Assembly (NCBI RefSeq): GCF_006345805.1 | Contig: NC_043000.1 | Coordinates: 138,756,001-138,820,000 of the forward strand | Direction of reading: 5' to 3' | DNA length: 64,000 nucleotides | From: Octopus sinensis | Lineage: Eukaryota | Shown here: piece by piece, positions 12,938 through 25,852 of the stretch | Numbering within the stretch: position 1 is the stretch's first letter | Layout: each line of letters begins with the position of its first letter | Made by a program: the position numbers and the translations under genes | The notes under the pieces: generated by a model | Told to the model about the DNA's origin: nothing | The model's database searches: none | The model's input: the letters and a program-made list of their open reading frames with translations, nothing else

Positions 12938-13631
12938 ACACAGAACAGTATTATTGTCTGTGCTGCACAGACAATAATAAAGACACAGAAAATTTGGACA
13001 AAAGAAAAATAGTAAAGATTTACCGTTTACCATGTAAGGAAAGATATTTGTACTCTAGAACACTTTTTGAATGATGCAGTTGGAACTGTGTCAGATTGCA
13101 AAAGTTTTCAAGTAATAAATCCTTTGTGATTTAGGCTTTTTATTTCTTTCTTTGATATATTTATTTCTTAGAATCAATACATTTCAGCTGAAGAGAACAG
13201 ACATATAATTAAGAGAATATCCTGCAAAAGTAATTAGACAAATACAATGGAATTGATATGCTGAGGATTATGTTATTCCTGAGACAGAAGTTCCATTTAA
13301 GTAAATGAAAAGGCAAAATTCCATATACAAGCATTCGTTGTGATATGTGTCTCTGTGCATGTATACATATACATTAGATACACAGAAAAATTCTAGAGAG
13401 CAAAAGTTAGATATGTGGCTGTGTGGTAAGTAGTTTACTTCCCAATCACATAATTATAGGTTCAGTCCCACTGTGTGGAACCTTCAGCAGATGTCTTTTA
13501 CTATAGCGCCAAGCAGACTAAAGCCTTGAGTGTCAATTTTTCCAGGTCCAATATCTGAAGATCCTTTCTCAACACTTTGTCTCATGTTTACCTTGATCTA
13601 CTCTTTCCACCACATGTTCTTTCCATAATTG

Positions 13632-13682
<51 letters not shown>

Positions 13683-13685
<3 letters not shown>

Positions 13686-14095
13686 GAGCGGCTGTGTGGT
13701 AAGTAGCTTGCTTACCAACCACATGGTTCCGGGTTCAGTCCCACTGCGTGGCAAATTGGGCAAGTGTCTTCTACTATAGCCTCGGGCTGACCAAAGCCTT
13801 GTGAGTGGATTTGGTAGGCGGAAACTGAAAGAAGACCGTCGTATATATGTATATATATATATATGTATGTGTGTGTATATATTTGTGTGTCTTTGTTTGT
13901 TCCCCAACATCACTTGACAACCGATGCTAGTGTGTTTATGTCCCTGTAACTTAGCAGTTCAGCAAAAGAAACCAATAGAATACAGTATTAGGCTTCCAAA
14001 GAATAAATCCTGGGGTCGATTTGCTCAACTAAAGGCGGTGCTCCAGCATGGCTGCAGTCTAATGACTGAAACAAGTAAAAGAGTAAAGAGTAAAA
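13683..14095 (+). mobile_element. Family C SINE, preceded by a partial copy (13410-13530) and a small RTE fragment (13530-13630, minus)
   Basis: Matches the family C consensus. Confidence 0.9.
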
Positions 14096-14659
14096 GATAT
14101 ATATATATATATATATATATATATCATCATTTAATATCTGCTTTCCCTGCTGGCATGGGTTGGATGGTTTATATATACTCTCACACACATATACAAGAAT
14201 ATATATACACACATGCACACACTCAGATATATCGTTACATAGATAAACAATAACTGACATGGTTAAATACCAGTCAAATTTTTAAAACTTATATTAATTA
14301 TATATGACTTTACAGATGTAAAGATTAATTTCTTCAGGTAAAATTGCATCTCTACAGGGAGAAACACAGGGACTTCAGGTAAAATTAAGAAGTTCAGGGA
14401 GAATGCTAAAAAATTTATTTAGTAAAGTGTCAATGTATATATTATTACATTGTAGGTGATAACAAGACTTGTCAGATTTCTTTCTTAGAACTTGTCAGAG
14501 ACTTTTTGATGAAATGTAGTGAGACTAAAATATGACTAGTCTACTTAGAGACATTATCTTAATAAAGAAATACATATATACATTATACATATGCATTGTA
14601 CACACACACACACACACAAGTATTTATGTATATGTATACATGTGCATTTATATATATAC

Positions 14660-14815
14660 AGTTGTGTGATAAGAAGTTTGCTTCCCAACCACATGGTTCT
14701 GGGTTCAGTCTTACTGTATGCCACCTTAGATAAGTGTCTTCTGTTACAGCCCCAGGCCAACCAGAGCCTTGTAAGTGAATTCGGTCAATGGAAACTGAAA
14801 GAAACCCATCGCACG
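14660..14815 (+). mobile_element. Family C SINE, 5' half
   Basis: Head and CORE-like segment, ending in (TG)n. Confidence 0.8.
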
Positions 14816-14912
14816 TGTGTGTGTGTGTGTGTGTGAGATTATTTTTGTATATTTATGTAGATAGACAGACAGACAGACAGACAGATAGATAGATATGTGA
14901 ATGTATGTATGT

Positions 14913-14943
<31 letters not shown>

Positions 14944-16027
14944 CACATATTTTATTTTATTTTTATTTATTTATTTTATCTAGTTTCAGCTCACGAGCTG
15001 TGGTACCGCCATTTGATGTTGCTACATGATTTTACTTCACGAATGCATTTTAGCAATTGCCATTTGGGGCATGAGAGAGTTCGATGCAGCTGCCCTCATC
15101 TGCACCTCCTGCCGTGAAGTTGGTTCATCTGGGACACCTGACAGGAAGAGATCCAGTTTTATTTTAAAGACATCTGCATCCACCCCATGCAGGGTGTATT
15201 GTTATTGTACATTCTTAGAATTGCACATTCTTAGTAACAATAATCCATTGTGATCTACTGCTTTTGGCACCATCCAAAATAAGTTGTATGTAAGGAGAGT
15301 CATCATGCCAATAAAATTATCACATACACTGGTTTATTTCCACTTATTTATTAAATATCCGATTTTTTTGTTTCCCTCAAAGCTTTTTCATTGTTTTTTT
15401 CAACCTTCTCAGTGACTATCGACACATGAATTCACACAAAGAATCTTTCAAACCAGATACAAAAACCAAAATAAACTGTTTTATTCTTTAAACATATATT
15501 TGTTTGAATTGTAAATGTTTTGAACATGATTTATAAAGCAATATAATTTCAGATGAAAATCTATGTTTTAATTTCACCCCAGCAGCATCTGTTGGAACCA
15601 CAGAATGGCCTGCAGATCTTCAAAATGTGCTCTCCTCATTAATAACATATAAATCACAATATATAACATTTTTCTACAATGAATATTTCACTTTCCATTC
15701 TTTCTTTCATTTTAAATGTAAATGAAATAAGTTAGGATAAAAGAAACAGTAAATAGCTGTTGAAAGAATGTATAGATTATTACTAAAAAGAAAAAGGCAA
15801 ACAGTATAAGAAATGCATTATTCTTTGTTGATTATTCCATAGAAGATGCATGGCATTGATGTAAATGAGAGAGCCATAATGATCTTGTTTCTATGAGTTT
15901 TAGATAACACATAAATAAACAAAGAATTTTTGCCTTGCATTCTCATGATTGTTGATGGAATGTTTTGAGAAACTAATGCAGTTTGTGACAATTTCTAAAG
16001 TACACACATCCACATACCTACACATAC

Positions 16028-16060
<33 letters not shown>

Positions 16061-16180
16061 CATACATACATACATACATAACGTATGTAAATACAATTGT
16101 AGAGAGATTATATGTCTCCAGCTAAGTGCTTTGTAGATGTGAAACCAATGGTCACTGAGCAGCTTTGACAAATAACCTTC

Positions 16181-16237
<57 letters not shown>

Positions 16238-16269
16238 GTTATAATTAAAATCGAAATTGAAATCAGATT

Positions 16270-16607
16270 TGATGGCTGGCATCCGTGCTAGTGGAGCGCT
16301 AAGAGTACCATATGAGTGTGATCATTACCAGAACAACAAATATTGCCAGTGCCGCTGTATTGGCTCCCGTGCCGGTGGCACATAAAAAGCACCATTTGAG
16401 CATCTCCATTGCCAGTACTGCCTGACTGACCCTCGTGCCGGTGGCACATAAAAGTACCTACTACACTCTTGGAGTGGTTGGTGTTAGGAAGGGCATCCAG
16501 CTGTAGAAACTCTGCCAGATCAGATTGGAGTCTGGTGCAGCGATCTGGTTCACCAGACCTCAGTCAAATCGTCCAACCCATGCTAGCATGAAAAGCAGAC
16601 GTTAAAC

Positions 16608-16657
<50 letters not shown>
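16270..16657 (+). mobile_element. Family A repeat with long (GAT)n tail
   Basis: Family A motifs. Confidence 0.88.
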
Positions 16658-16658
<1 letters not shown>

Positions 16659-19600
16659 AATTAATAATATTAGGGTAATAAAGATTTTAGAAATTTAAAC
16701 TACCAGTGGCCTAGCGTATAGAAAAATTAGTCAATAGACTATATATTATTCATATAAAATACAGTGTACTTTAAACACATTAATTACAGAGGTCCTGACG
16801 CATCTACGTAACCCTAGCCCTAACTAACCCTAAAACTATCTAACTATCACCCCTTATGAGTGTGCACTGATAAACATGTCATGTAGATGCATCGAGACCT
16901 GTATTTAAGTGGGACCTCTGTATTTAAGTAGTGCCGGAGCCTTTACGGTAAAAAAAACCAAAATAAATTATAAATATTTTCCATGGAAAAGATGAACAGT
17001 TCAAGGGAGGTTTCACTGTTGTTTCTAGCATAACCCAAACCACTCTCCCTTTCACTGTTGTATGTATTGATGTTTTTCAATACTTTTCTCCCTTTAAACA
17101 CATTTTATGGAATGATGATGCCGAAGTAACACATGTGTAGTCAATTGGTGGAATATAAGCAACCAAATAAATTGTAATCTAAATTTTTACCCCCACCTCA
17201 ATCTAGTGAAGCTTTGTGTGTGTGTGTAAGAAAAAGCATTTTCTAACAGAAAAGAATGCTATTAAAATGAATTATCATTTATGTGATTTGTTTTAATCAC
17301 TGTGGATAAATGCCAACAATGACCATCTCAGGTTTTCCAATATTTTAATTTCTAGAGAGAAACAATCGGGGGCAGGGAGTAGGAGGGAGGGTGCAAAAAA
17401 TTCCTAATTTCTTAAATTTTCTTTTGTAAAACATATAAATGTATTTATGAGGAAAAAATATTGAAAAACATCAATACATGCGAGAGTAATAAACAAACGA
17501 GGAGGGTTGTCTTTGGATGTGCTAGAAACAACGGCCAGATCACCCTTAAATCACTCACTTTTACCTCTGAAGTTATTAACTTTTTTTTTAACAAAAATGT
17601 TCTTCCCATGGTTTTGAAGTGCAAAGCAAATTGGCCAAAATAGGTCCGGAGTGGGATGATGAGGGAGTGGGTGTAAAAAAAAAAGAGTTTTCAAAACTTT
17701 TTTCATACAAAGATGCCCAACCCTATCATTTCGAAGGCTGTGGTTTAAAAACAAATCCCCGAAAAAATTTTCCCTACAAGTTTCTTTATAATTATCCTCT
17801 ATGCCATTTAGAAAGGATTTGTATAAACTTTCATTAAAAGATACCCATTTCCCTGAAAGTTATGCAGGGAAAAATTCAGATCATGTGAATTTTCCGAAAC
17901 TCCTCTTTCTACTCCCTCTAAAAAATTTTTTCCCATGAATATCAATATACTCTGAATCCACAACATCCAAGCAATATTTGTAGAAAATTTTGTTAAAAAG
18001 TATCCCTTTTCTGGATGTTATGAGGTAACAATGTCAGGGGTGTATACATCTGTAGTAATGCCCTTTTATTTACATGATATTTTCATTTCATGTTTATTTC
18101 ATTCATTGTTCACACACATACTGCAATGCTTACAGATGGGCTACAGAATTGAAATCTCTATGTTGCTTTGAAGGGAAGGTAAAACTTGACAAACTGCTTC
18201 TCCCTGTTGTTGGACTACTGTGATGTTTGTTTAAAAATGAAAGATTATGACTGATAAAATAATAAAAGCAATATTTACTAAGCAAGTGAGCACTATTATA
18301 TAAAGAAATAATTAGACATAAAATATAAAATTCTTAGAATAGTGAATCAAATGTGAAAATATTATCGTGTATCTAGAAGAAAACTGTCCGGAGTGCAGTC
18401 TTTCTGATAGTATGAATAATGAACTTAATATAAACAGAGCTTAGGTCTCTACAACTCATTAGAAAAAGTAACCGACTTTGCATGAACAGTATATAGAAAA
18501 TTCACAGGAAGTGAACTAGGAAAAAGTCTTAAAAAAAGATATTGTTCAAGCCTTTAATGTGTCAGCTTATTGTAACATTGTATGTGTATATGTATAGTCA
18601 TATGTACTTAGTTTGCTTGAAGAATTGTAAAGTATTAAGGCAAAGATTTAGACAACAATGGTAATGTGTAACAGAAAAATTTAATATAAACAAGAACAAA
18701 GTTTAAATTTTACCTCAAAGCATTTGATATTCTAATATTCCAGGTGAAAATCCACTCTTTCAAAACGTGATAGGAACAGAAGAACAAGCTAAAGTTCTTT
18801 ACAATTTCTTTTATTGTTGAGTTATATTAGAAGCAATTAAGACTGGATTTAATGGCTTTATGTCAAACATAACAAGGAAAACAGTATGTTTTCCCGATCA
18901 TTAATAATGCTTCCCAACCATATTTCTTATGTTTGTATCCATTCTTTATTTAGTTATTTATTTATTTATTTATTTTGGCTTTATTTTTATTAGCTATATA
19001 AATGGATATATGTGATTTATTTCTATGCCTTATAAATAAAAAAACATTGAAATAACAGTGGGTGGACAAAAACCTAATATTGGTACACACACTAATTAAT
19101 ACATTTTTAGATCTTTTTCTTTGATTATTGGGTTCTCCATTACATATATAGAAAAATTCTAGCTTCATATAATTTCCTCTGAATTGATTTGTTTGACACC
19201 ACTAATCTACGTATTATAGTCTTTATATCTAAAGACATATTTCTATTTTCCTATTTCATAATGCCTTATTTTTCTCCCCTCTCAGCTTGAAGCCTCTGAG
19301 TTAGATGTTGACATTGGACAATATCCAGAAAAATGCTTATTGCCCACAATGCCCTGCAAATGAATCAAAAGATAATCTCTGTCTGTTAGAACAAAACTAC
19401 TACTACTACTACTACTACTACTAATAATAATAATAATAATAATAATAGTAATAATAAGAGCACACGTATTGAGAAGAGCATTGTCGATGTGAGAACTATT
19501 ACTACCCATGTATTTTAATTTAACTTTAAAAAAAAAAAATGAACCAACTAGTGAGTTTAGTTTAATGGCCTACCAATGTATACTATGAGTTTCTTTGCCC

Positions 19601-19670
19601 TAGGAGTCGGGAAGATACTCGGCAAGAAATGGAAGCAAATTTGAAAGAAGAAGAAAAAATAATAATAATG

Positions 19671-19735
<65 letters not shown>

Positions 19736-19737
<2 letters not shown>

Positions 19738-19940
19738 AGGGAACAGTGAGTAAAAATCTTGAGAAGTACATAGAACAAATAGGTGCTGTAATAAGGGTGG
19801 AGCACTTGCAGAAAACAGTGCTGCTTGGAACTGCTTGAATACTCTGGATGGTACTCAAAAAATAAGGGTGTTAATTAGATCAATGGTAGTGAGCAGCTGA
19901 CGCCATAGTACATCCCCATCATTAGAAGGTGTGCAAAGAC
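19736..19940 (+). mobile_element. R4/Dong-like 3' end within (AAT)n
   Basis: GTVSKNLEKYIEQIGAVIRVEHLQKTVLLGTA*ILWMVL. Preceded by about 75 bp of (AAT)n and followed by AAT repeats. Confidence 0.75.
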
Positions 19941-20160
19941 AATAAATAATAATGACAATAATAACATAGGCACTGAAATTTTGTGGGAGGGGCTAGGAGA
20001 TTATATTGACCCCAGTTTTCAACTGGTATCTATTTCATCAACACCGGAAGGATGAAGGCAAAGTCAATCTCTGTAGAATTTAAACTGAGAATGCAAATAT
20101 GAACGAAATACTGCTAGGCATCTTGTTTTGGGGTTGGTAGTGATGGTGATGATGATGATG

Positions 20161-20790
20161 ATTTCCTGTATTTGCCACAAGGGCATGAATGGGCGAGAAC
20201 ATCAGAAAAATTGGTTACAGTTTTCATAGGAGTTTATAAAAAAAGTATAATAGTAAAGGGCAAAAGGGCGAGAAAGAGAAATCAATTGAAACATATAGAG
20301 AGTATACAAAATACATAAATATATATTGAATATGCAGCCCTCCTGATATAAAACAGGCTATCACAAGGCCATCAAGTAACTGCACTGATCCAGGATCACC
20401 CTGGCCACCAAGAGTAAGAGCCCCCAGTCATCTGTTGTTGTGCAATTTGCAGGCTGAGAGTAATTTCATTCATCCTAAACATGTTTGTTAAATTTATCTA
20501 ACAAATTTACAAGACAAATTCATTCCACCCTCATTTGCTTTTCCAAATAGAATTTGAAAAATTTGATGAAGGTTGACAAAGGTTTTACTGAAGAGGAACT
20601 TGTCTGCACACAAAGCTTTCGGCCTCATTCACCATATCATATCTTTCACAATGGCCATGAGAGGAACACTGCCTATTCAATTATGATAATGGACAGCAGT
20701 AAGACAATTTTGTATGATGGACTCAGCCAGTAGCCAAATACACTCAACCTGTGAAAACAGCCGTTCAACATATCTGTGAAGGGAAATCGG
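20161..20790 (-). mobile_element. Decayed LINE 3' end (Tx1/L1-like)
   Basis: Minus frames give degenerate ..FLSMAIVKDMIW*MRPKAL.. and FxFY..KxMRVE-like C-terminal segments. A T-rich UTR ends gcccttgtggcaaatacaggaaat. Confidence 0.5.
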
Positions 20791-21215
20791 GACAATTAAA
20801 AAGACAATCAAATTTGGAGAATTATGCAGAAGAGGAAATCAAGAAAATGCAGGTAAACGTGAGGTGGGTTCCGATCTCAGGAGGTTAGAACTCATGGAAC
20901 AGATATCAGGGCATTGCAACAAATGGCAAGACATTCAGTGACATCCAAACCAAAAAAAGCAAATAAATAAAAAAAAATAGTGTATGATTGAGTTCATTTT
21001 TGATTACGCTTTGTTAAAAATAACAGCTAAGTTTTCCTCAAATAAATACCCCTCCATCTTAGAATTGGATTCGTTGAATAATTTAGTCCTAGATTTCTGT
21101 GCATTGCAGAAAAAAAAAAATTTAAAAAAAGATGCTCAAAACTGGAATCTCTTGTATCGTAGTTCTGCTCAATTGAGACTGATTTCCTGAAGATAAACAA
21201 CAACAGCGGCAGACA

Positions 21216-21310
21216 GATGATGATGATGGGGAAGAATATGATGATGATGATGATGATGGGGAAGAATATGATGATGATGATGATGACGATGGGGAAGAAT
21301 ATGATGATGA
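21216..21310. repeat. Tandem repeat (gat)n-ggggaagaatat, 3 copies
   Basis: Directly visible. Confidence 0.9.
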
Positions 21311-21979
21311 CGACAGCAATGACAACGATAATGTCAATGATTCAAGTAACTCTTGTTTGGAATTTTCTCAACTACTTCAGACTATGTTTCTACAATGGTT
21401 CTTTTATTGTTCCAGGCACTCTTCTTAAACATTCTATTCTTAGTCCTGTATGACAAACACTGCTTGTAGTGTGTATCCTGTCCACATATAGGATGCTTTT
21501 CTCTGTCAAACCAGTGAAAGAGCATCTACCTGGCTGCACACTATGCTAGATATAACAGCCAAATCTTTATCAAAAGGCACTTCAATCTTTGTCCACTCAT
21601 TTCTTTTTAATACCTGTATTTTTCACATGCTGATTGGATTTGGATAGGGGCTTATTTGAAACAGCATCTTATGGCTTGATACCCTTCTTGTTGTCAACTG
21701 TTACCCATTTCACAAGTAACTTTTTTTTTATTGCTGATCTTCAAATATTCAACGTCCATTCATAATGTGAACAATCATTTTCACAAATATATATGCATAT
21801 ATCTATATGTATACATACATACACAGTGATTGCATGTATGCATACTAGGCTTCCATACACTCTCCATCTAGCCTTTTCCACTCACAAGATATTGGCCAAA
21901 CTAGGGCTATAATGAAAGATACTTGCCTTGAATGTCTCATGGTGAAACTGAACTTGAAACCATTTATTTCTGACACAAA

Positions 21980-22277
21980 CATCCGAACGTGGCCGATGCC
22001 AGCGCCGCCTTGACTGGCTTCTGTGCCAGTGGCACATAAAAAGCACCAACCAATCATGACCGCTGCCAACCTCCCCTGGCACCTGTGCTGGTGGCACATA
22101 AAAAGCATCCACTACACTCACGGAGTGGTTGGCGTTAGGAAGGGCATCCAGCTGTAGAAACATTGCCAGATCAGACTGGAGCCTGATGCAGCCTCCTGGC
22201 TTCCCAGACCCCGGTCGAACCATCCAACCCATGCTAGCACAGAAAACGCACGTTAAACGATGATGATGATGATGATG
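21980..22277 (+). mobile_element. Family A repeat
   Basis: Family A motifs and (gat)n tail. Confidence 0.88.
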
Positions 22278-22374
22278 ACAAACATCTTAACAAAAGAACC
22301 ATGTATATATATCTACATTGTTCTAAAAAGGGATGACATATTAGATAATGCCATCTAAGATAAGGTAAAGTTAC

Positions 22375-22846
22375 CTTCTCGAGTGATGCTGACTCATAGG
22401 GGCCACTTTGCAGGTTCCCATGGCATATAAATTTCCCACCTAGACATGACGCTGGTCCTTACAGAATTGCTAATTTTTTCCAGCTGAGTGGATTGTAGCA
22501 ATGTGAAATGAAGTATTTTGCTCAATTACAACATATTGCCCAGACCAGAAATTGAAACCACAATTCTATGATCATGAGTCCAACACTTTAACACAGGGGT
22601 GGGCGAACTTTTCTGATCGCGGGCTGCACAGTGCATCTTTGGAACCTTGGCGGGCCTCATTTATAAAAATCAAGTGAAAATATTGTGAATTACCGTACAA
22701 CTGAAACAATTACGAAGTATCTGCATAGAAGTTGGGATTCATAAAAGCTCTAGGCGGGCCACATGAAAACCTATGGCGGGCTGCATGCGGCCCGCGGGCC
22801 GTAGTTTGCCCACCCCTGCTCTAACAACTAAACCACACGCCTCCAC
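22375..22846 (-). mobile_element. Older tRNA-derived SINE (family D/E type) interrupted by a hAT MITE
   Basis: Head ggaggcgtgtggtttagttgttagag|tgttggactcatgatc and core tccactcagctgg, also seen at 61570-61912. Confidence 0.7.
22594..22818. mobile_element. hAT (Charlie-like) MITE
   Basis: TIRs CAGGGGTGGGCGAAC / GTTTGCCCACCCCTG. 8-bp TSD ctttaaca / ctctaaca. Confidence 0.92.
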
Positions 22847-23351
22847 AGTCTAAGATAACAACTCTAAAAATATGAGATAGTAATGGCTAGAATACCTTTC
22901 CTCTTAAATCTATTCAATGAGGCTGTTTTGGTGTCTAAAAAATGACAACAAAGTTTTTTTCCACAAATTTTGTTTTTTGACAGCCATAATATATGTTCTT
23001 TCAATAACCTGTATTATTCAATATCCTTGTTGTCCTGATACTCTTGTTAATTACTGTTAGCCTTTCAAACTTGTATTATGTAAACAAGTTTAAGATTTAA
23101 AATGTTTGTATTTGAATAGGAACTCTTCTATTATTTTCAGCTTTTGGTTGCAGAGAGAGGTGTACAAATCCTGAAAAACTGTTAAATGCTCATTCTAATA
23201 TGACAAAATACTAATGTCATGGCAAGATTGAATACAAACATGAATTTGTTACACGGTAATGTTACTCAGGCAACCATCATCATCATTGTTGTTATTTTGA
23301 CATTGTCATCTTTGGTGACATTGGTGATAGCATCATCAGCATCAGCAGTGA

Positions 23352-23715
23352 AGGCACAATGGCCCAGTGGTTAGGGCAGCGGACTCACGGTCGGAGGATT
23401 GCAGTTTCGATTCCCAGACCGGGCGTTGTGTGTGTTTATTGAGCGAAAACATCTAAAGCTCCACGAGGCTCCGGCAGGGGATGGTGGCAACCCCTGTTGT
23501 ACTCTTTTGCTCCAACTTTCTCTCACTCTTTCTTCCTGTTTCTTGTCCCCCGGCTTCCTACGCAACCGCTGAGCCTGGATGTGCATTCATCCATCCGTCG
23601 ATGCTCTCGGTATCGGGGGTTGACCTGTTTTCTCTTCTGCGGGTCTTACGAATAGCAAAGGACCACATTTCGGACTTCTCCCACTGGGAGGAAGACCGTT
23701 TCGCTCAACAAACTA
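23352..23715 (+). mobile_element. Family D tRNA-derived SINE
   Basis: A box tggcccagtggttagg and B box gtttcgattcc. The first ~190 bp match 41895-42205, but the tail differs. Confidence 0.85.
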
Positions 23716-24317
23716 AGAAGCATCAACGTCAGCATCATTGCAAACATTGCTGTTAATGTCATTGATTATTTTTGGCATGTGTTAGATGGGATTTTTGAAA
23801 CACTGTTTTGCTGACAACCATCCTTCCTGTCATCAATTCTTTTAGTCAACCTTTTATAACATGAAAGGACATTTTATAATTATTCTAAACCTTGGATGAA
23901 CATGATAAATATAAATAACTTTTCCAATTTAAAGAAGCAGGTATAATTTAAAAAACAAAAAAGCATGAATATATTCAGGAATGCAACACCTGAAGATGCC
24001 CAGAGATAAAACTGATTGAATTGTAGTTTAAAAATAAGTATCAAAAATATTACCTTTATAGAAAGCAAATTGTTTTTTCTGCAATTGAAGGGTAAATTAT
24101 GTGATGCTTGATTATAATGTGTGATGCTGCGTAGTAGTGAGACGCCAGCATTCAGTGTAGTAGTATGTGAACAGTAGAAAGGAATTATCCAAGTAATATA
24201 ATTTTTGCTTTTCAGTATTACTTTTTCCTTATTTTCTTTCTTCATTTTAGCTATATGTTATTCATATGAAGTAATAAGGAATTGACTGAGCATACTTTGC
24301 TGAAGTTTGCATTGTAA

Positions 24318-24391
24318 TCATCATCATCATCATCATCATCATCACCACCACCACCAAAACCACCACCACCACCACCACCACCACCACCACC

Positions 24392-24425
<34 letters not shown>

Positions 24426-24990
24426 TCATCATCGTTTAACGTCCGTTTACCATGCTAGCATGGGTTGAATGGTTCGACTGGGAGTCTGGGAAGCCAGGAG
24501 GCTGCACCAGACTCCAGTCTGATCTGGTAGTGTTTCTACAGCTATATGCCCTTCCTAACGCTGACCACTCTGTGAGTGTAGTGGGTGCTTTTTACGTGCC
24601 ACTGGCACAGGGGCCAGAGAAGGCTGGCAAATGGCCACAATTGGTTGGTGCTTTTATGTGTCTCTGACACAGACGCCAGTCAGGCGGCACTGGCATCGAC
24701 CACGTTTGGACGGTGCTTTTTACGTGTCACCAGCACGAGTGTCTTAACTACAATTTCCATTTGATTTTTATTTTGATGTTGGTGTTGATGTACTTGACTC
24801 AATAGGTCTCCTCAAGAACAGCGGGTCACTCTATGATCCAAGGTTGATACAGCAGGCCGTCCTGTGAGCCATGAACTTACTTCATTTGTCAGGTCTTCAC
24901 AGTCACAGCATATCTCAGCATGTCTCGGTCTTCGTCATTTCCTCTGTTAAGCCCTACGTGCCACCAACACGGGTATCACAACTACAATAT
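24318..24990 (-). mobile_element. Family A repeat extending into RTE 3' coding remnant, with CAT/CAC microsatellite tail
   Basis: Reverse family A motifs. The segment 24790-24960 resembles 1080-1150. Confidence 0.8.
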
Positions 24991-25636
24991 CCATACGATT
25001 TTAATTTTTATTTTGATGTTGATGAACTTGACACAATAGGTCTCAATGATAAAACACCCCAAAGATAATATTAATAGACAGAAAATTATGGCCTAAATGA
25101 CAACAATTCATATCAAGTATTTAGATATTTAATTACCTCAAATCAAAGTAGAAAAGAAAGATCTTGACATTTTTATTTCATCAATGACCTTTGTATCAAA
25201 TACAACATTGGATGAAAATTTAACAAACTGCATGAAGCTTGCTGGGTGCAAATATTCCACTAATGGACATTGACATGTGTGCTTGTTTGAAATAAAGTTC
25301 AATAGAATTACATTTGGGAATTTGTCAGTTTCCTTTTTTTAATTATTTAGGCAGGAGGAAAGTGTATTCCTCTCCAGAACCTTCAATACAGATTGAAGAT
25401 ATCAAATTAGGGAACTGGACTGAATAAAGGCATCCAAGATCCTGGTCAAAGTGTCAAATCAGGTAACAGTTTAAGTGTACTACAGCAATAAGTATTCAAA
25501 CTAAGAATGTTTAGAAACTGAATCACAAGACATCTCATCAATCTCCACTATCCTTGACTTGTATTTTATTTATCAATCCTTGATGGATAAAAGGCAAAAC
25601 TGACTTTGGTGAGATTCAAACTAAGATTAAATACTT

Positions 25637-25852
25637 ATTTCTTTACTACCCACAAGGGGCTGAACAAGAACAGACAGAGGGGTTAAGTCGATTATATCGA
25701 CCCCAGTGCGTAACTGGTACTTATTTAATCGACCCCGAAAGGATGAAAGGCAAAGTCGACCTCGGCAGAATTTGAACTCGGAACGTAGCGGCAGACGAAA
25801 TACCGCTAAGCATTTCGCCTGGCGTGCTAATGATTCTGCCAGCTCGCCGCCT
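25637..25852 (-). mobile_element. Family B SINE with TSD
   Basis: Flanked by the direct repeat ctaagattaaatact. Confidence 0.92.

Noticed and set aside
23352-23425. tRNA gene-like sequence (also near 42130-42205)
   Set aside because: These are SINE heads with A/B boxes that run on into the SINE body. No complete cloverleaf was seen.
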